Shown here in pieces: positions 11,940-23,689 of a DNA stretch of 36,293 nt. The notes beneath the pieces were generated by a model that had not been told where the DNA came from, ran no database searches, and was given only the letters and a program-made list of their open reading frames with translations. Position numbers and translations under genes: made by a program. Source of the DNA: Malacoraja senta (Eukaryota); assembly GCA_038087875.1 (NCBI GenBank), contig JAXLNO010000535.1, positions 1 to 36,293 of the forward strand, written 5' to 3'. Each line of letters begins with the position of its first letter. Position 1 is the stretch's first letter.

Positions 11940-12565
11940 GTAGGTGCTGGGGCAGGGAATGGGAGTGAGCGGAGGAGGATGAGGGAAATGGGGAGGAGGG
12001 AGATGGGGTGGTAGAGGGAGATGGGGGGGGCGGCATCGCTGAGCCCCGTTGTCTACCCGCTGGCGAGCATAGGACGGGCAACGTTCCGGCGGCTCCTGCC
12101 CACGGGCGTGGACACCGGGAGCGGACCTAACGCACCGCACTGTTAATGGAGAGTGCGAGCGCCATAGCCCGGCCCACAGCACAGAGGGGGGGGGAGAAGA
12201 CGGAGGGAGGGGGAGAGAGGGATGAGGGAGGGAGGGGGGAGAGAGGGAGGGGGAGAGAAGGGGTCCGGAGTGATGGGCATGGTGGGATAGGGGGGGGGGG
12301 AGTAGAGGATGAGGGGGACAGAGAGGGGTGGATTTGATTGGAGGGGGGATAGGTGGATTTGATGGGAGGGGGGAAATTCCTCATCTCCATTTCAAAGGTA
12401 GGTCCTTTTGCTCTGAGGCTGATCCCCCTGATTCTAGACAATCACATTACTGGAAACATCCTTTTCCTATTCTATCCAGATGCCAGATTGCTGAGATTTG
12501 AATTCTGGTAACTTCAGATACTAACTGATCTGGTGAATATTTCTGACATCTTGCTTTTATGAATG

Positions 12566-12597
<32 letters not shown>

Positions 12598-13725
12598 TAT
12601 CAATCCTTTATTGTAACCTGTGATAAGTCACAGTGAAATTCATTGCTGGCATACCCAAGGTATGCAATAGTCGCCACATAAAGGGCGCTTGCAAAGTTAC
12701 AAAGTATCGTGCGATCCCCCCACGCAGGGTCTTTATTCTGTTATCCCACAGAATAAATGTTTGAGAGCACACTGATAACCCTGATACCCCTGAATAGTTT
12801 TATATTTCACCAGTGTCAAAGCTCTGAACCTCTGGTCAACGTTAAGGCAAATTAAACCCAGAGAATGAATCTATATCTACCCGTGACAGTCACAGTAAGC
12901 TTCGACATCATTTTCTTCGAACAAAAGTATAGAATTACTATTTTTTCAGGAATGAATAGCTACAAAGATAATAAATGCAAGAAGTTATTGATGATGTAAC
13001 CATGTAAAAATTGTTGAATTATTAAATATAACAACATGATCAATTTGTTTTTATATGTTTCAATTTATTTTATTGAAGCCATGTTTTAGACAAAAGATCC
13101 ATTATAAATTATATTAAAACATAAATTTGTCCAAAATTGTTTGTGGTTATTAGTTGAAAAAATGTCAACTATAAACTGCTTGGCTGGCCATATCCGATAG
13201 TCACTAATCACCTATTAAAATGATCAGAATTCCTATTAATATAATGTTTACATAATAAACATATACAACATTTTCCAAATTCATATTAGCTGGACTTTGT
13301 GAAAACTAATAACATTTGCTAAAAAGCTCAACCATGGCACATCAACAATCATACAACGTGGAAACAGTTCGGCCCAACTTTCCCATGCCGACCAAGATGC
13401 CCATCTATATAGTCCCACCTGCACTTGTTTGGCCAATATCCCCCTAAACTTTTCCTATCCATGTACATATTAAACTAACCAAAAAATACTGCCTGTCTAT
13501 TTACTGTAATTATGTTTATTTTCTAAAATAATGAAAATTTCTATTTTATAGTGTGATAAAATACGTATCAAACTGGAATATGGGGTATTTTTTTTTTCCA
13601 AAAGTGGTGTTAATAATTGAAGAGCTATAATAAATGTAACTAAAACATCAACACAGTTGGTTTGAGAACAAGGTATTATTGAAGAGCAATAAAAAAGAGC
13701 AGCCAATTATGTGGTGTGGATGTTA

Positions 13726-14487
13726 TGGACCTGTCCCACTTTGGCGATTTTTCAGGCGACTGTCAGGTCGCCAGCAGTCACCTGAAAAAACGGTGACTGG
13801 AACGGCCTAGAACGGCGACTGTCAGAGTGTAACATACACACACACGCGCATACATCACTTCCTTCACCAGCCCGTTATGCAGGCGGGGGACAGGGCAAGC
13901 GGGAGAGCGCTGTCTGAGTGAAATTCACACAGTGCAAAGCCAATGTGAAACAGACACACACCGCGATGAACAGGAAGGTTGGCGCTGTAATTATGACAGT
14001 GAAAGCACAATGTACGGTAAGGGTCACATAATTCCTTTAAAAGAGGGGGAGAAGAGGGGGGGAGGGGGGAGAAGGGGGGAAGAAGGGGGAGAAGGAGAGG
14101 AGACCTTACCGGTCGGTTATCCTTGGTTCAGAAAAATACTGCTTTTTTTTCCCAATAAGCCAATGAAATTCACCGGTCAGCACCGGCTACAACCTACAAG
14201 AACCTTCGACCTCCTGGCAACCTACTAGGATCTCCTGGTGACCCACCTACGACACGAGAATTCTCGCTACTCTCCATGGCGGCTTCATTCTGGTCGGCGA
14301 TAATTTTTCAACATGTTGAAAAATTCGCGGCAACCATAATGAGGCCGCGACTAGTTCCCAGAATGCGGGAACTCCTCATGACCATGAAGGCGACTCCCCG
14401 GTAACACCCGCGAACATGTGGCGACCATTTGGTGACCACATAGTCGCCGGCAGTCCACTAAAAAGTCAGCTAAGTGGGACAGGCCCA
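13726..14487. mobile_element. PIF/Harbinger-type MITE, unit 2
   Basis: Same TIRs and TTA TSD as 10186-10947. Confidence 0.85.
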
Positions 14488-14767
14488 TTAGGATTTGTAC
14501 TGAAATAAGCAGTGAAATCAAGGGAACTTACACAGAGAATAAAAGAGAATAACAGATGGAGGGATGAAACTGCTTTGCATCATTAACAGACTTTAGCATT
14601 ATTTAAACATTGGAATCTTCCTTTGACGGTATCAGTGTGCAAACACATAACATGTTGCTATAATATTTCCAAGCTATTTTATTGAAAGCATTAATCTTTT
14701 AATTTAAATAAGTTAATGCCTCCCTTAAAATAAATGGCAAAAATATGTCGTAAGAACGTGTTAAGCA

Positions 14768-15915
14768 TCTATACATAACTAAAGCTCTGATCTGATCCTT
14801 TTCCGGTTTGCGTGGTTTTTCTATATGCGCAAAAACGGTACACGATAGCACTATGATTTTTCGCCAGCTTACTAACCGTTTTCTTGTGCTGCGAGTGCAA
14901 TAAGTTTTGTTCCAATCGATGGTATATTGTAAAAGTTATTAAGGTTTAAAAATCGTTAAAAAACGCGCATGCGCAGATTGCTGTCAGTCGCCGCCATGCA
15001 GATTGGTCTCCTCTCCTGTCAGTCAGGAAGGGGCGGCGATGCCCCTTCCTGGAACCATCGGCGCACTGATTGATCGTGTCCGCTGTCAATCGGCTGGAGG
15101 TCGCCATGGTGAAGGAGTGGTGCCGCTGCCCGAGGCGCTGCGGCCGTGCAGTACCTGGTGGGGAGGATGGTGCCGCGGGTCGAGCCCGGGGACTGGGCCT
15201 GAGCCTGGGCTGGAGTCGTGCCCAAGCCCGGGGCCTGGTCAAGGTGTACCAGTGCCGCGGGGGCCGCCTGGCCGCCTCCATCCTGCAGCACAGCCTCCCC
15301 TTCCTGCTCTGCGGGCAGCTCTGGCTCGGCCGCCCGCCACCCTCACCCTGCCCCCGGCACAGTGAGCCCGGCTCCGTCGAGGCCCAGGTCCGTGTGTGCT
15401 TCGGCCACCTACAGCCAGGGCCGGGCTGAGTACGAGTACCAGGCCGAGTTTCATGCCCTGGCGCAGCTCTACGACCTGGGTAGGTGCTGGGGCAGGGAAT
15501 GGGAGTGAGCGGAGGAGGATGAGGGAAATGGGGAGGAGGGAGATGGGGTGGTAGAGGGAGATGGGGGGGGCGGCATCGCTGAGCCCCGTTGTCTACCCGC
15601 TGGCGAGCATAGGACGGGCAACGTTCCGGCGGCTCCTGCCCACGGGCGTGGACACCGGGAGCGGACCTAACGCACCGCACTGTTAATGGAGAGTGCGAGC
15701 GCCATAGCCCGGCCCACAGCACAGAGGGGGGGGGAGAAGACGGAGGGAGGGGGAGAGAGGGATGAGGGAGGGAGGGGGGAGAGAGGGAGGGGGAGAGAAG
15801 GGGTCCGGAGTGATGGGCATGGTGGGATAGGGGGGGGGGGGAGTAGAGGATGAGGGGGACAGAGAGGGGTGGATTTGATTGGAGGGGGGATAGGTGGATT
15901 TGATGGGAGGGGGGA
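14768..15915 (+). mobile_element. Helitron 5' portion, truncated (unit 2)
   Basis: As unit 1. Confidence 0.78.
15088..15479 (+). pseudogene. SAC3D1: SAC3D1-like exon fragment (unit 2)
   Basis: Near-identical to 11548-11939. Confidence 0.72.
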
Positions 15916-16106
15916 AATTCCTCATCTCCATTTCAAAGGTAGGTCCTTTTGCTCTGAGGCTGATCCCCCTGATTCTAGACAATCACATTACTGGAAACAT
16001 CCTTTTCCTATTCTATCCAGATGCCAGATTGCTGAGATTTGAATTCTGGTAACTTCAGATACTAACTGATCTGGTGAATATTTCTGACATCTTGCTTTTA
16101 TGAATG

Positions 16107-16138
<32 letters not shown>

Positions 16139-17265
16139 TATCAATCCTTTATTGTAACCTGTGATAAGTCACAGTGAAATTCATTGCTGGCATACCCAAG
16201 GTATGCAATAGTCGCCACATAAAGGGCGCTTGCAAAGTTACAAAGTATCGTGCGATCCCCCCACGCAGGGTCTTTATTCTGTTATCCCACAGAATAAATG
16301 TTTGAGAGCACACTGATAACCCTGATACCCCTGAATAGTTTTATATTTCACCAGTGTCAAAGCTCTGAACCTCTGGTCAACGTTAAGGCAAATTAAACCC
16401 AGAGAATGAATCTATATCTACCCGTGACAGTCACAGTAAGCTTCGACATCATTTTCTTCGAACAAAAGTATAGAATTACTATTTTTTCAGGAATGAATAG
16501 CTACAAAGATAATAAATGCAAGAAGTTATTGATGATGTAACCATGTAAAAATTGTTGAATTATTAAATATAACAACATGATCAATTTGTTTTTATATGTT
16601 TCAATTTATTTTATTGAAGCCATGTTTTAGACAAAAGATCCATTATAAATTATATTAAAACATAAATTTGTCCAAAATTGTTTCTGGTTATTAGTTGAAA
16701 AAATGTCAACTATAAACTGCTTGGCTGGCCATATCTGATAGTCACTAATCACCTATTAAAATGATCAGAATTCCTATTAATATAATGTTTACATAATAAA
16801 CATATACAACATTTTCCAAATTCATATTAGCTGGACTTTGTGAAAACTAATAACATTTGCTAAAAAGCTCAACCATGGCACATCAACAATCATACAACGT
16901 GGAAACAGTTCGGCCCAACTTTCCCATGCCGACCAAGATGCCCATCTATATAGTCCCACCTGCACTTGTTTGGCCAATATCCCCCTAAACTTTTCCTATC
17001 CATGTACATATTAAACTAACCAAAAAATACTGCCTGTCTATTTACTGTAATTATGTTTATTTTCTAAAATAATGAAAATTTCTATTTTATAGTGTGATAA
17101 AATACGTATCAAACTGGAATATGGGGTATTTTTTTTTCCAAAAGTGGTGTTAATAATTGAAGAGCTATAATAAATGTAACTAAAACATCAACACAGTTGG
17201 TTTGAGAACAAGGTATTATTGAAGAGCAATAAAAAAGAGCAGCCAATTATGTGGTGTGGATGTTA

Positions 17266-18028
17266 TGGACCTGTCCCACTTTGGCGATTTTTCAGGCGAC
17301 TGTCAGGTCGCCAGCAGTCACCTGAAAAACCGGTGACTGGAACGGCCTAGAACGGCGACTGTCAGAGTGTAACACACACACACACGCGCATACATCACTT
17401 CCTTCACCAGCCCGTTATGCAGGCGGGGGACAGGGCAAGCGGGGGAGCGCTGTCTGAGTGAAATTCACACAGTGCAAAGCCAATGTGAAACAGACACACA
17501 CCGCGATGAACAGGAAGGTTGGCGCTGTAATTAAGACAGTGAAAGCACAATGTACGGTAAGGGTCACATAATTCCTTTAAAAGAGGGGGAGAAGAGGGGG
17601 GGGAGGGGAGAGAAGGGGGGAAGAAGGGGGAGAAGGAGAGGAGACCTTACCGGTCGGTTATCCTTGGTTCAGAAAAATACTGCTTTTTTTTCCCAATGAG
17701 CCAATGAAATTCACCGGTCAGCACCGGCTACAACCTACGAGAACCTTCGACCTCCTGGCAACCTACTAGGATCTCCTGGCGACCCACCTACGACACGAGA
17801 ATTCTCGCTACTCTCCATGGCGGCTTCATTCTGGTCGGCGATAATTTTTCAACATGTTGAAAAATTCGCGGCAACCATAATGAGGCCGTGACTAGTTCCC
17901 AGAATGCGGGAACTCCTCATGACCATGAAGGCGACTCCCCGGCAACACCCGCGAACATGTGGCGACCATTTGGTGACCACATAGTTGCCGGCAGTCCACT
18001 AAAAAGTCAGCTAAGTGGGACAGGCCCA
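17266..18028. mobile_element. PIF/Harbinger-type MITE, unit 3
   Basis: Same TIRs and TTA TSD as 10186-10947. Confidence 0.85.
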
Positions 18029-18308
18029 TTAGGATTTGTACTGAAATAAGCAGTGAAATCAAGGGAACTTACACAGAGAATAAAAGAGAATAACAGATGG
18101 AGGGATGAAATTGCTTTGCATCATTAACAGACTTTAGCATTATTTAAACATTGGAATCTTCCTTTGACGGTATCAGTGTGCAAACACATAACATGTTGCT
18201 ATAATATTTCCAAGCTATTTTATTGAAAGCATTAATCTTTTAATTTAAATAAGTTAATGCCTCCCTTAAAATAAATGGCAAACATATGTCGTAAGAACGT
18301 GTTAAGCA

Positions 18309-19585
18309 TCTATACATAACTAAAACTCTGATCTGATCCTTTTCCGGTTTGCGTGGTTTTTCTATATGCGCAAAAACGGTACACGATAGCACTATGATTT
18401 TTCGCCAGCTTACTAACCGTTTTCTTGTGCTGCGAGTGCAATAAGTTTTGTTCCAATCGATGGTATATTGTAAAAGTTATTAAGGTTTAAAAATCGTTAA
18501 AAAACGCGCATGCGCAGATTGCTGTCAGTCGCCGCCATGCAGATTGGTCTCCTCTCCTGTCAGTCAGGAAGGGGCGGCGATGCCCCTTCCTGGAACCATC
18601 GGCGCACTGATTGATCGTGTCCGCTGTCAATCGGCTGGAGGTCGCCATGGTGAAGGAGTGGTGCCGCTGCCCGAGGCGCTGCGGCCGTGCAGTACCTGGT
18701 GGGGAGGATGGTGCCTCGGGTCGAGCCCGGGGACTGGGCCTGAGCCTGGGCTGGAGTCGTGCCCAAGCCCGGGGCCTGGTCAAGGTGTACCAGTGCCGCG
18801 GGGGCCGCCTGGCCGCCTCCATCCTGCAGCACAGCCTCCCCTTCCTGCTCTGCGGGCAGCTCTGGCTCGGCCGCCCGCCACCCTCACCCTGCCCCCGGCA
18901 CAGCGAGCCCGGCTCCGTCGAGGCCCAGGTCCATGTGTGCTTCGGCCACCTACAGCCAGGGCCGGGCTGAGTACGAGTACCAGGCCGAGTTTCAGGCCCT
19001 GGCGCAGCTCTACGACCTGGGTAGGTGCTGGGGCAGGGAATGGGAGTGAGGGGAGGAGGATGAGGGAAATGGGGAGGAGGGAGATGGGGTGGTAGATGGA
19101 GATGGGGGGGGGCGGCATCGCTGAGCCCCGTTGTCTACCCGCTGGCGAGCGTAGGACGGGCAATGTTCCGGCGGCTCCTGCCCACGGGCGTGGACACCGG
19201 GAGCGGACCTAACGCACCGCACTGTTAATGGAGAGTGCGAGCGCCATAGCCCGGCCCACAGCACAGAGGGGGGGGAGAAGACTGAGGGAGGGGGAGAGAG
19301 GGATGAGGGAGGGATGAGGGAGGGAGGGGGGAGAGAGGGAGGGGGAGAGAAGGGGTCCGGAGTGATGGGCATGGTGGGATAGGGGGGGGAGTAGAGGATG
19401 AGGGGGACAGAGAGGGGTGGATTTGATGGGAGGGGGGATAGGTGTGACTGGTGGAATATTGCATTGGGGGAACAGGTTGCGTTGGGGGAACAGGTGAGTG
19501 GTGGAATATTGGGTTGGGGAACGGGTTGCGTTGGGGGACCAGGGCTCCCGTGTGACAGGGACCCAACGGGTCCCGCTTAGTCTAG
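18309..19585 (+). mobile_element. Complete non-autonomous Helitron (1277 bp) with a captured gene fragment
   Basis: 5' TC at 18309 preceded by A; 3' CTAG at 19582-19585 followed by T. Perfect hairpin GGGACCC-AAC-GGGTCCC (19558-19574) lies 7 nt before CTAG. No TSD or TIR. No RepHel ORF. Confidence 0.85.
18629..19020 (+). pseudogene. SAC3D1: SAC3D1-like exon fragment (unit 3)
   Basis: As unit 1, but reads QAEFQALAQLYDLG. Donor GT at 19021-19022. Confidence 0.72.
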
Positions 19586-19639
19586 TTTGTAAATTAAAAT
19601 CGCTGAAGGTAATTTAAATGACATAGTCTTCTGCGCGAA

Positions 19640-19759
19640 AGGCAGGCACGGGTTATTGATAGGGGACGATCAGCCATGATCACAATGAATGGCGGTGCTG
19701 GCTCGAAGGGCCGAATGGCCTCCTCCTGCACCTATTTTCTATGTTTCTATGTTTCTATG
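19640..19759 (+). mobile_element. CR1-like 3' terminal fragment
   Basis: GATCAGCCATGAT...GAAGGGCCGAATGGCCTCCTCCTG followed by a (TTTCTATG)n tail. Confidence 0.7.
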
Positions 19760-20142
19760 AAACTTTTGCGGGTATTTTTATGTTAGTTTCCTTGGTATTA
19801 ACTTTCTTTTATTACATTGAATTGTGCTCTGATACCAAGCGTACACTGTTACTATGGCCCCCATGCTACTGCTTTATAATATTCCTTTATAATATTACTT
19901 TATAATATTCCTTTATAATAGCCATCAGACAGGAGATAAGGCAAGCATTGAACTCATTCTTTGTCATCAGTTTTAAACTAGTCTTTTTTTAACTCCCAGG
20001 TTACATCCGTATCCCTCCAGCATGTTGATTGCTCAAAGCAGCAATTGGGAAGCTGCTGGCACTTAAAGACCTAGCACCAAAGACTTTTGAGGGTTTTTCC
20101 CAATGTGCACTAGCTCTGAGAAGAAATGCACTCTCCATGGTA

Positions 20143-23100
20143 TAGTTTAGTTTAGTTTAGAGATACAGTGAGGAAACACGCCCTTCGGCCCACCGAGTCT
20201 GCACTGACCAGCGATCCCTGCACACACATGCTATCCTAAACACACTAGGGACAATTTACAATTATACCAAGTCAATTAACCTACAATCCTGAACGTCTTT
20301 AGAGTGTGGGAGGAAACCGTAGCACCCGGAGAAAACCCACTCGGTCACAGGAAGTATGTGCAAACTCTGTACAGACAGCACCCGTGGTCAGGATCGAACC
20401 CGGGTCTCTGGCGCTGTAAGAAGGCAACTCTACCGCTGTGCCACCATACGGCACTCTTTTACAGATCACAGTGGCACAGCGGTAGAGTTGCTGTCTTACA
20501 GGTTAGATCCTGACTATGGGTGCTGTCCGTATGGAGTTTGTACGTTCTCCTTGGGACCGCGTGGGTCTTCTCCGGGTGCTCCGGTTTCCACCCACATTCG
20601 AAAGACCAGCAAGTTTGTAGGCTAATTAGTTTCTGCAAATTGCCCCTAGTGTGTAGGTAGTGGTTGACAAATGGGGATAACATAGAACTAGTGTGAACGG
20701 GTGATCGTTGGTCGGCACGGACCCGGTGGACTAAACTAAAATCATTCTTAGTAGTCATACCACTCCTTATAGATGTACTGTAAGATGACAGTGGAGGGAG
20801 TGTTGGTAGTCACCAGTGAAGTTCTGCTACTGAGTCATGGTGCAGTGTTTAAGATGTTGCAGCTAATTAGAGTGAAACACAAATTTCTTAAGTGAAAAAT
20901 CTATAATTGAAAGGTAGTCTAAAGGAGCTCGAGTCTCGGGGGAGTCGATAGCAGGAAGGGCTCCCAGCTTCATCTGTGATTTTTTTTATTGACTGCTGAA
21001 GGCTTGAGGGTGAACAAGTCCCAATGACATGAAGCACCGCAAGAGGATGTTTCAACTCATCTGGAGAAAGGTTGCAGCCACAGTGCTGGAGAATGATAGA
21101 AGAGTGGTTTAATTACTGTGCTTTAGTTTAGTTTAGTTTAGAGATACAGCGTGGATACAGACCCTTTGGCCCACCGAGACCGTGCCGACCAGCGATCCCC
21201 ATACACTAACAGTATCTTGCACACTAAGGACAATTTATGATTTTTACCAAAGCCAATTAACCTACAAACCTGTACATCTTTGGAGTGTGGTTGTAAACCG
21301 GAGCACCCGGAGATAACCCAAGCGGTCACAAGGAGAACATACAAACTCCATACAGACAGCACTTGTATTCAGGATCCAACCTGGGTCTCTTGCACTGTAA
21401 GGCAGCAACTCTAATGCTGTGCTACTGTGCCACCCCTAGTGCTAATAGCAGTGCTTGTATTTCAAATGATTGTCTCCAACGTTTCTGCCGCTGCCTCATT
21501 TAAAATAATGCTGGTAGATTAGCAATCTTTGAAATACTAGGACCACTAACCACAACTAGAAATGGGCAGTAAATGTATTAGGAATAACTGCGCAGATACC
21601 TTTGGAGAAACAATAGAAATCCCTATATGGTTCATTGCATCAGATGTAAGGGTGGCACAGTGGTGCTGCCTGGTGATAGAGTTGCTGCCTCACAGCCACC
21701 AGAGACCTGGGTTCGGCCCTGACTACAGGTGTTGTCTGTGTGGAGCTTGTCCGTTCTCCCTGTGACCGCGTGGGGATTTTCCTCCCACACTCCAAAGACA
21801 TACAGGTTTGGAGGTGAATTGGCTTCGATAAAATTGAAAATTGTCCCTAGAGTGTAGGATAGTGCTGGTGTATGGGGTGATCATACTCCTGCACCTATTG
21901 TCTATTGTCTATCACTGGTTGGTACGGGTTTGGTGAGCCGAAGGGCCTGTTTTCACGCTGTATGTCTAAAGTCTAAGATTGAGCTTTGCAATTAACATGC
22001 ATAATGCATTACTTTCATGTATATTTGATGGGCCAAAGGGTCTGTTTCTGTGCTGTATCTCTAGTCTAAAGTAAAGATTTTGACAACAGAGCCATGAAAA
22101 TTTACATTTTGTCAAGACAACAAGCAGGATTAGAGAATCAAAAGGTTCAATAAACTCCAGCATAGATTAAATGCTTCAACTTGCAATATTAATTTTACTC
22201 TTTATTTTTAGAAAGTCTGTAATTTCTCTCCTTAATAAACTTTTATAATCTCTAACGATTTCCCCAGAACTTGGCAAGAGATTTGATAGGTTGCCACAGG
22301 GGAATAAAAACCATATGGATGTCTCTCTCGTCTGTGGTTCTGTATTTTTAAACTTCTAATCAAAATGTTGTGATCTTCTTGGCAGACATTCTTTAATCAT
22401 TGTCTTCATTATTCATTAATGGTGAATTTGATCAAATTGAAATGTTTATGGCCTAGTCATACATTGCTCATGTCACTGCACATAAGGGAAGATCTGTAAC
22501 TTTGCACCTGTGAAGATCAAGAAGCAACTCACATGCAAAATAACATTTGACAATTGACATGGGAAGGTTCTTTTAGTTTTTAGATTTAGTTTTAGAGGTA
22601 CAGCGTAGAAATAGGCCCTTCGGCCCACCAGGTCTGTGCCAACCAGCGATCCCCGCACACTAACACTATCTCCACACACTAGGGACAATTTTTACATTTA
22701 CCAATTAGCCTACAAACCTGTATGTCTTTGAAGTGTGGGAGGAAACCGAAGATCTAGGAGAAAACCCACGCAGGTCACGGGGAGAACGTACAAACTCCGT
22801 ACAGCCAGCACCCGTAGTCGGGATCGAACCCGGGTCTCTGGCACTGCATTCCCTGTAAGGCAGCAGCTCTATCACCACCGTCACCGCCCAACTTTAGACC
22901 CAAGTACTTTAGACTTTAGAGATACAGCGTGAAAACAGGCCCATGGCCCACCGTATCCATGCCTACCACCGATCACACCATACACTGGCACTTTCCTACA
23001 CCCTAGCAACAGTTTACAATTTACAGAAGCTACAAACTTGCATGCCTTTGGAATGTGAAACCTGAGCACCTGGAGTAAACCCATGCTGTAACAGGGAGAA

Positions 23101-23196
23101 CGTGCCAACTCCGCACAGACAGCACCTGTAGTCGGGATCGAACCAGTGTTTCTGGCTCTGTAAGGCAACAATTCTACTGCTGCAACCCTGTGCTGC
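20143..23196. mobile_element. Cluster of six V-SINE/HE1-like SINEs: 20143-20446(-), 20471-20740(+), 21124-21435(-), 21650-21972(+), 22575-22888(-), 22907-23196(-)
   Basis: tRNA-like head (GTGGCACAGCGGTAGAGTTGCTG; B-box-like GGTTCGATCC), conserved core and (CTAAA)n tails. Boundaries approximate. Confidence 0.8.
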
Positions 23197-23507
23197 TGTA
23201 ATATCTTCTGATATCTTAATGCTTTGCTCCATTGGTTTGCAAGAAAAATAAATGGTGTGATGCAATTCTCATCACCTTATTACTTCATTTGATGTATAAA
23301 ATATAATCAAATCTTTCTTTTAGAGGAAATAGAAAGATTATGATATTCTCATACACTTCCCAAGGGCTGGTTTCAGTTATTCTTTCAGCATCTTAGACTC
23401 ACTTGTATAAACACAGTCACTTCAGTGACCATAGATGCATTATTTTCTTGTTGTAAGTTTAACTGTCAATTTCTTGGACCTCAGTCTGCCTTGGCCGACA
23501 TGTTCTC

Positions 23508-23681
23508 CCAGTTGCCAAACTTTTCAAGTCCCCTTCCCATTCCCATACTGCCCTTTCTGTTCTGGACTTCCTCCATTGCCAGATTGAGGCCACACACAAA
23601 CTGGAGGAACTGCACCTCATATTCCCCTTGGGAAGCTTACAACCTAATGGTATGAACATTGAATTCTCCAATTTTGGGTAA
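23508..23681 (+). mobile_element. Penelope-like element, GIY-YIG endonuclease C-terminal remnant
   Basis: Reads approximately PVAK.F.SPSHSHTALSVLDFLHCQIEATHKLEELHLIFPLGSLQPNGMNIEFSNFG*, matching the PLE C-terminal L.P.G.N motif. Confidence 0.75.
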
Positions 23682-23689
23682 CTACTGTT

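Larger units (their letters stand above)
11228..12374 (+). mobile_element. Helitron 5' portion, truncated at the duplication junction (unit 1)
   Basis: Same A|TCTATACATAACTAAA start as the complete copy at 18309; lacks the 3' hairpin and CTAG. Confidence 0.78.
8830..19444. repeat. Tandem triplication, ~3.54-kb unit (8830-12372, 12373-15913, 15914-19444)
   Basis: GAAATTCCTCATCTCCATTTCAAAGG recurs at 8830, 12373 and 15914. The units are near-identical throughout and the ORF track repeats with the same period. Confidence 0.98.

Noticed and set aside
11406..12182. 258-aa minus-strand ORF and other overlapping ORFs (repeated at 14946-15722)
   Set aside because: By-products of GC-rich, low-complexity sequence; broken in unit 3. 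The recognisable homology is on the + strand.
8830..19444. CRISPR array or prokaryotic system
   Set aside because: The repeats are kilobase tandem units without spacers, and the context is vertebrate.
20000..20139. Possible exon 2 spliced to the LYDLG donor, giving GYIRIPPAC*LLKAAIGK (TGA as selenocysteine?)
   Set aside because: All three frames contain stops, the peptide does not continue SAC3D1, no SECIS was identified, and the apparent donor overlaps a SINE tail.
20143..23196. tRNA genes
   Set aside because: The A/B-box-like sequences are SINE heads with no complete cloverleaf.
22212..23452. Acceptor-like sites at ~22211 and ~23323 as further exons
   Set aside because: In-frame stops and no recognisable protein.
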